Both the position numbers and the translations under genes were made by a program. From positions 96,001 to 160,000 of the forward strand of contig CAVYHE010000008.1 of NCBI GenBank assembly GCA_963768305.1: DNA of 64,000 bases. The letters run 5' to 3'. Numbering within the stretch: position 1 is the stretch's first letter; each line of letters opens with the position of its first letter. The stretch is from an uncultured bacterium (lineage in GTDB: Bacteria; Margulisbacteria; WOR-1; CAVSGV01). The notes under the pieces were generated by a model. It saw nothing but the letters and a program-made list of their open reading frames with translations, was not told where the DNA came from and ran no database searches. Positions 59,933 through 64,000 of this stretch are shown here, piece by piece.

Positions 59933-60477
59933 TGATAAAGAAGATAACAACGCCGCTGACGGCCAAAGAGATCAAGTCATTAAAGACCGGAGACAATGTC
60001 CTGATAACCGGCACTATTTATACGGCGAGGGACGCGGCTCACAAAAGACTGCTTTTTGACATAAAAAAGCCTCCGATAAATCTGAGAGACACGATCATCT
60101 ACTACTGCGGCCCGACTCCCGCGATGCCCGGGCGTCCTGTCGGATCCGCAGGTCCCACGACAAGCGGAAGGATGGACGGATTTATCGAGCCGCTCCTGAA
60201 AGTAGGGCTTAAAGGAATGATCGGAAAAGGCCAGCGTTCAAAAGAAGCAAGAGCCCTAATGAAAAAATACAAGGCGATTTACTTTGTTGCGACCGGCGGA
60301 GCGGGCGCCCTGCTCGCGAAGCATATCAAGTCATCAAAAATAGCGGCATATTCCGACCTGGGACCGGAGGCAATATATGAATTCCAGGTAGTTGACTTTC
60401 CTGCTATAGTAGCCGATGATATTAAAGGCAAGGATATCTTTGATGAAGGAATAAAAAAATACAGGAGGAGAACATAA
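59932..60477 (+). CDS. Fe-S fumarate hydratase, beta subunit
   Basis: ARDAAHKR, GPTTSGRM, MIGKG and DLGPEA. Confidence 0.92.
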   Translation: MIKKITTPLTAKEIKSLKTGDNVLITGTIYTARDAAHKRLLFDIKKPPINLRDTIIYYCGPTPAMPGRPVGSAGPTTSGRMDGFIEPLLKVGLKGMIGKGQRSKEARALMKKYKAIYFVATGGAGALLAKHIKSSKIAAYSDLGPEAIYEFQVVDFPAIVADDIKGKDIFDEGIKKYRRRT

Positions 60478-61439
60478 TGACAAAATCCAAAAACCAAAAT
60501 CAATCAATTTCAAAATGTTTAATTATTTGTATTTTGATCTTCATTTGTAATTTGTCATTGAACATTTGTCATTACTCCTTCGCTGCCGCGAAGGAGTACG
60601 ATGGTGTCTGGTTCCTCGGTTTTAACTTGAATACCGCCCTTTTCGGCGATGAGAACGGCAAGCCTGTCAGGCAGGCCGTTGCCATGGCGATCAACAGGAA
60701 TAAGATCGCAAATAAGATCGTCGGAGATGAAGTCGTCCCGATCGGCATAATCCCTCCAGGAATGGAAGGCTATGACCCCACGCTTTTGCCTTATCCCCAT
60801 GATATCGCCCAGGCAAAAACACTGATGAAGGCATCCGGATATCCCTTATATGACAAGCGATTGAAAAATATTACCTTGCTTATGACCGACGGGGAAAAGA
60901 CGAAAGCTATTGTTAATGAGATAAAGATCAATCTGATAAATCTCGGTTTTAACATAACCACCACAACCATTAAATACTCAAACACAAAACTCTGGGAAAA
61001 AGAGCTGATGTCCGGCAGGTATGATCTGTTCGTGATGGGATACAAGGCCGGGAGCGTTGGGGAGATATTCATAGGCGACAAAGCATCAAAGATCTTTCAC
61101 ACGTTCAACTGCTTCAAGAACACGACGGTCGAAGCTGACATTCAATATTTTGATAATTACAACGATGCTGTCGCCGCAGGCTTCACCCCTGATACTGTCT
61201 GCAATCCTCAACCGGAAAAACAAACCACGACGCTGGAGCTTGTGCTCCCGCTTTTCTACAAGACCGGCGAGGCGAACGCGACGCATTTTCATAATATGAT
61301 ATCGGACGCCCTGGCGGATCAGATCAAATTAACAGATGAAAAACATGCCGCATTAAGAAAAGATGATTTTGAAGAGATAGGCCACATTATCTGGGAAGAG
61401 ATCCCCGTTGTTCCTCTCTTTTACATCTCGAAAATATGA
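60477..61439 (+). CDS. Exported protein resembling the C-terminal lobe of family-5 solute-binding proteins, with an Ada-like metal-binding insert
   Basis: LGFNL...VRQAVAMAINR...IPPGM...AKTLMKASG...EEIPVVPL; insert IGDKASKIFHTFNC...AVAAGFTPDTVCNP. Confidence 0.65.
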   Translation: MTKSKNQNQSISKCLIICILIFICNLSLNICHYSFAAAKEYDGVWFLGFNLNTALFGDENGKPVRQAVAMAINRNKIANKIVGDEVVPIGIIPPGMEGYDPTLLPYPHDIAQAKTLMKASGYPLYDKRLKNITLLMTDGEKTKAIVNEIKINLINLGFNITTTTIKYSNTKLWEKELMSGRYDLFVMGYKAGSVGEIFIGDKASKIFHTFNCFKNTTVEADIQYFDNYNDAVAAGFTPDTVCNPQPEKQTTTLELVLPLFYKTGEANATHFHNMISDALADQIKLTDEKHAALRKDDFEEIGHIIWEEIPVVPLFYISKI

Positions 61440-61660
61440 ACCAGCTTGATTATTATTACAAAGTGAACAAGAGCGATGTTTCATTCATCTGCTCATATCT
61501 GGAGGCATTCGAGGGTATGGCCGCCATACGGACGCCGAACCCGAAACCCGGCGAGGAGGCGATCCTTCACATGATGGTAACGCCGGATTTTAATGACCAG
61601 TTCGAAGAGCTGATCGGAAAACTGAGCAAAGAAACGCTGATGGAAAAGACCGAGCCTTGA
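61436..61660 (+). CDS. Small conserved protein (DUF4911-like)
   Basis: YLEAFEGMAAIRT; translationally coupled to its neighbours. Confidence 0.55.
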   Translation: MNQLDYYYKVNKSDVSFICSYLEAFEGMAAIRTPNPKPGEEAILHMMVTPDFNDQFEELIGKLSKETLMEKTEP

Positions 61661-62145
61661 AAATATTCCACCCTAAGCTCCGCGTCAAGGAAGTTCAGTC
61701 GATTGATCTGGCAGGATTGAAAGCAATGGGGATAGACAGCTTGATCATCGATCTGGATGAAACGCTCAGAAAAAGGAATTCTCACGATATTCCCGAAAAA
61801 TCAATAAGATGGATCCAAGATGTTAAGGCACGGGGTTTCAAGGTCTGCATCACCTCAAATAATCCGTTCGGCTGGAGAACAGAAAATGTCCAGGAAAAGC
61901 TTAAGGTCCCGGTTTCTTTTCTGTCGTTCAAGCCTTTCCCGTTCGCTTTCTGGCAGGCCATGCAACAGCTAGGTTCCACGCCTGCGACCACAGCTTTAGT
62001 CGGTGATCAATTATTCACGGACATTCTCGGCGCGAACATTTTGGGGATACATACCATTCTTGTCGATCCGATAACCGGGATTGAAATGGGTTTTTTCAGA
62101 AAGCAGATGCGTAAGCTGGAAAACATGATACTGGGGTCAGGTTAA
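61657..62145 (+). CDS. YqeG-family HAD IIIA phosphatase
   Basis: IIDLDETL, SNN, KP and VGDQLFTDILGAN. Confidence 0.9.
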   Translation: MKIFHPKLRVKEVQSIDLAGLKAMGIDSLIIDLDETLRKRNSHDIPEKSIRWIQDVKARGFKVCITSNNPFGWRTENVQEKLKVPVSFLSFKPFPFAFWQAMQQLGSTPATTALVGDQLFTDILGANILGIHTILVDPITGIEMGFFRKQMRKLENMILGSG

Positions 62146-62736
62146 AGCCCGCAGCGACTGCTTGATAATATCTTCCGCTCCCTTGACCTTTGACAGGTCG
62201 ATCCCCGACTTCATTATCGCTTCCCTGGCTTCTTTTGGTGTGTAGCCGAGCGTCATAAGCGCGGCTATCGCGTCGGCAACAACGGGCTCTTCAGATTGGA
62301 TCTGCAGGGAGCCCGCGGTAGACACGGCGTAAGCTTTTGCGACTTTCTCTTTCAACTCGATCACAAGCTTTTGAGCGGTCTTCAATCCTATGCCGGGTAC
62401 CATTGTGATAAGGTCAACGCTCCCTTTCGCGATAGCAACGACAAGGTCTTCCATCTTTATCTTGGACAGGAGTGCAAGTGCGCTCTTCGGCCCGATGCCG
62501 GAAACGGAAAGAAGCATACCGAACAGACCTCTTTCCTCTTTTCTTAAAAATCCGTAAAGGTCCAGAACGTCTTCCCGCACCACCTGATAAGTGAAAATTT
62601 TGATCTTTTGGCCGGCGGGAGGAAGTTTATCCATTGTGATCGCAGGAACGAAGACCTTGTAACCCACACCTTGAACGTCAATCACTATGCTGTTCTGTTC
62701 TATGCTGTCCAATATCCCCGTAAGCTGATATATCAT
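62137..62736 (-). CDS. ruvA: Holliday junction DNA-binding subunit RuvA
   Basis: GVGY, VRED..LYGF, VSGIGPKSA and ALMTLGY. Confidence 0.96.
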   Translation of the reverse strand: MIYQLTGILDSIEQNSIVIDVQGVGYKVFVPAITMDKLPPAGQKIKIFTYQVVREDVLDLYGFLRKEERGLFGMLLSVSGIGPKSALALLSKIKMEDLVVAIAKGSVDLITMVPGIGLKTAQKLVIELKEKVAKAYAVSTAGSLQIQSEEPVVADAIAALMTLGYTPKEAREAIMKSGIDLSKVKGAEDIIKQSLRALT

Positions 62737-63230
62737 TTTATTTTCCTCGTTTTGGAATTAAATCCGTCGGAATTCATGTGGCACAGAGCCACGGCAAGCG
62801 CGTCGGCCGCGTCGTCCGGAGTCGGAAGTATTTTCATTTTCAAAAGCCGCATGACCATCTGCTGCATCTGTTTTTTATCGGCCCTGCCGTACCCTGTGAG
62901 CGCCATTTTAACTTCCAGCGGCGTGTATTCCGCTATCTCCAGTCCAGCCTGCGACGCCGCCAGTATCACTACTCCCCTCGCCTGCCCAACGGACATGGCG
63001 GTCTTTGTGTTCTGCCCGAAGAATAATTTTTCGACCGCGATGCATTTCGGTTTATGTTTTGAGATGATCTTCTTGATGCTTGAATATATCTTTTTGAGGC
63101 GGTCGCTAGAAGATTCCGTGCTGCTGGTCTTTATGCAGCCGTATTCCACCACCTGAACATCATCGCCGTTATTTTCCAGTATCCCGTAGCCTGTGGTGGC
63201 AGTGCCCGGATCAATGCCTAGGGCTTTCAT
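62733..63230 (-). CDS. ruvC: Holliday junction resolvase RuvC
   Basis: LGIDPG, VE, GQARG and DDAADALAVA. Confidence 0.96.
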   Translation of the reverse strand: MKALGIDPGTATTGYGILENNGDDVQVVEYGCIKTSSTESSSDRLKKIYSSIKKIISKHKPKCIAVEKLFFGQNTKTAMSVGQARGVVILAASQAGLEIAEYTPLEVKMALTGYGRADKKQMQQMVMRLLKMKILPTPDDAADALAVALCHMNSDGFNSKTRKIK

Positions 63231-63253
63231 GGCAGGAATTATAGCATATGAGA

Positions 63254-64000
63254 TCAGAAAGAAATCTTGAATTCCTGTATCCGGTGATTGTTCGTGTCCG
63301 CGACAAAAAGTCGGCCGGGCTGCCCGATAGCTATTCCCGTGGGATTATTGAACTGGCCGTCACCCATTCCGGTGGACCCGAATTTCATTAGGAATTTTCC
63401 GTTCTTGTCGAATATTTGCACCCTGTTGTTCCCTGTATCGCTAACATATATATAGCGGTCATCAACATTTATCCCCGCTGGAGAATTGAATTCGCCGTCG
63501 CCGCCGCCTGTCTTCCCGAAAGAAAGCAGGGACATTCCGTTCTCATTCAGTTTCTGGACGCGGTCATTTTTGGTGTCAGCGACATAGATATTCATTTGGC
63601 CGTCAATAGCCACGTCCGAAGCAGAATTGAAATTCCCGTCGCTATAGCCAAAAGACCCGAATGAATTTATGAAAGTGCCGCCGTCATCGAATTTATCTAT
63701 CCTGTTGTTGCCTGAGTCGGCAACAAGTACTGTTCCGGATGAGACCGCAATACCCAGAGGCCCTATCATGCTTCCCTGGTTCATCCCGAAAAATCCGAAT
63801 CCGTTCAGATAATTGCCGTTGATGTCGAATTTCTGAACTCTGTTATTATCTTTGTCAGCGACATATATCCTCTGGCTCATATCCATCGCAACGCCTGCGG
63901 GAGAGTTGAATTTTCCGTTCGCATTACCCCAGCCGCCAAACTGGAGAAGGAACTGGCCGTCGCTGTTCAAAACCTGGATACGGTTATTTCCTGAATCAGA
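63254..64000 (-). CDS. NHL-repeat beta-propeller protein (5' end outside the window)
   Basis: Repeats of FG..G...G.FN.P.G.A.D....YVAD..N.R.QKF. Confidence 0.9.
   Translation of the reverse strand, partial: SDSGNNRIQVLNSDGQFLLQFGGWGNANGKFNSPAGVAMDMSQRIYVADKDNNRVQKFDINGNYLNGFGFFGMNQGSMIGPLGIAVSSGTVLVADSGNNRIDKFDDGGTFINSFGSFGYSDGNFNSASDVAIDGQMNIYVADTKNDRVQKLNENGMSLLSFGKTGGGDGEFNSPAGINVDDRYIYVSDTGNNRVQIFDKNGKFLMKFGSTGMGDGQFNNPTGIAIGQPGRLFVADTNNHRIQEFKISF

Noticed and set aside
62137..63230. ruvB missing next to ruvC-ruvA
   Set aside because: Split ruv loci are common and ruvB may lie outside the window.
63254..64000. Periodic sequence at the window end
   Set aside because: Fully explained by protein-level NHL repeats.

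Overview
A 64-kb chromosomal stretch from a diderm, probably anaerobic bacterium. The gene mix (Omp85/TamB, DapL, YqeG, class III RNR) is compatible with Margulisbacteria/Saganbacteria-like lineages, but that is a low-confidence inference. The backbone is housekeeping: dapF-dapL-ispH, nrdR-nrdD-nrdD-redoxin, gmk-rpoZ-coaBC, priA-def-fmt, tamB-bamA-rsmG, parA-parB, two P-type ATPases, purC, tsaD, gatCAB, lpdA-lipA, pdxA-rsmA, mdh-fumarase, ruvC-ruvA. Many essential genes carry single-base frameshifts, which look like long-read consensus errors. Highlights: (1) an operon at 36.7-40.2 kb with three paralogous 131-150 aa proteins all ending LGS-x6-7-R-[IV]-[FY]-C-stop, followed by a radical SAM/SPASM enzyme and a methyltransferase, a candidate new RiPP or protein-modification system; (2) a sigma-28-like motif TGAAA-N15-nnCGATA found six times, each directly upstream of a stand-alone orphan or accessory gene; (3) two tandem, diverged class III RNRs that differ most in the predicted specificity/dimer region; (4) heptamer-periodic, partly palindromic repeats inside coding genes and forming signal peptides; (5) an insertion scar duplicating the tsaD 5' end; (6) many apparently leaderless genes. 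I recognised no rRNA, tRNA, CRISPR array or transposase.
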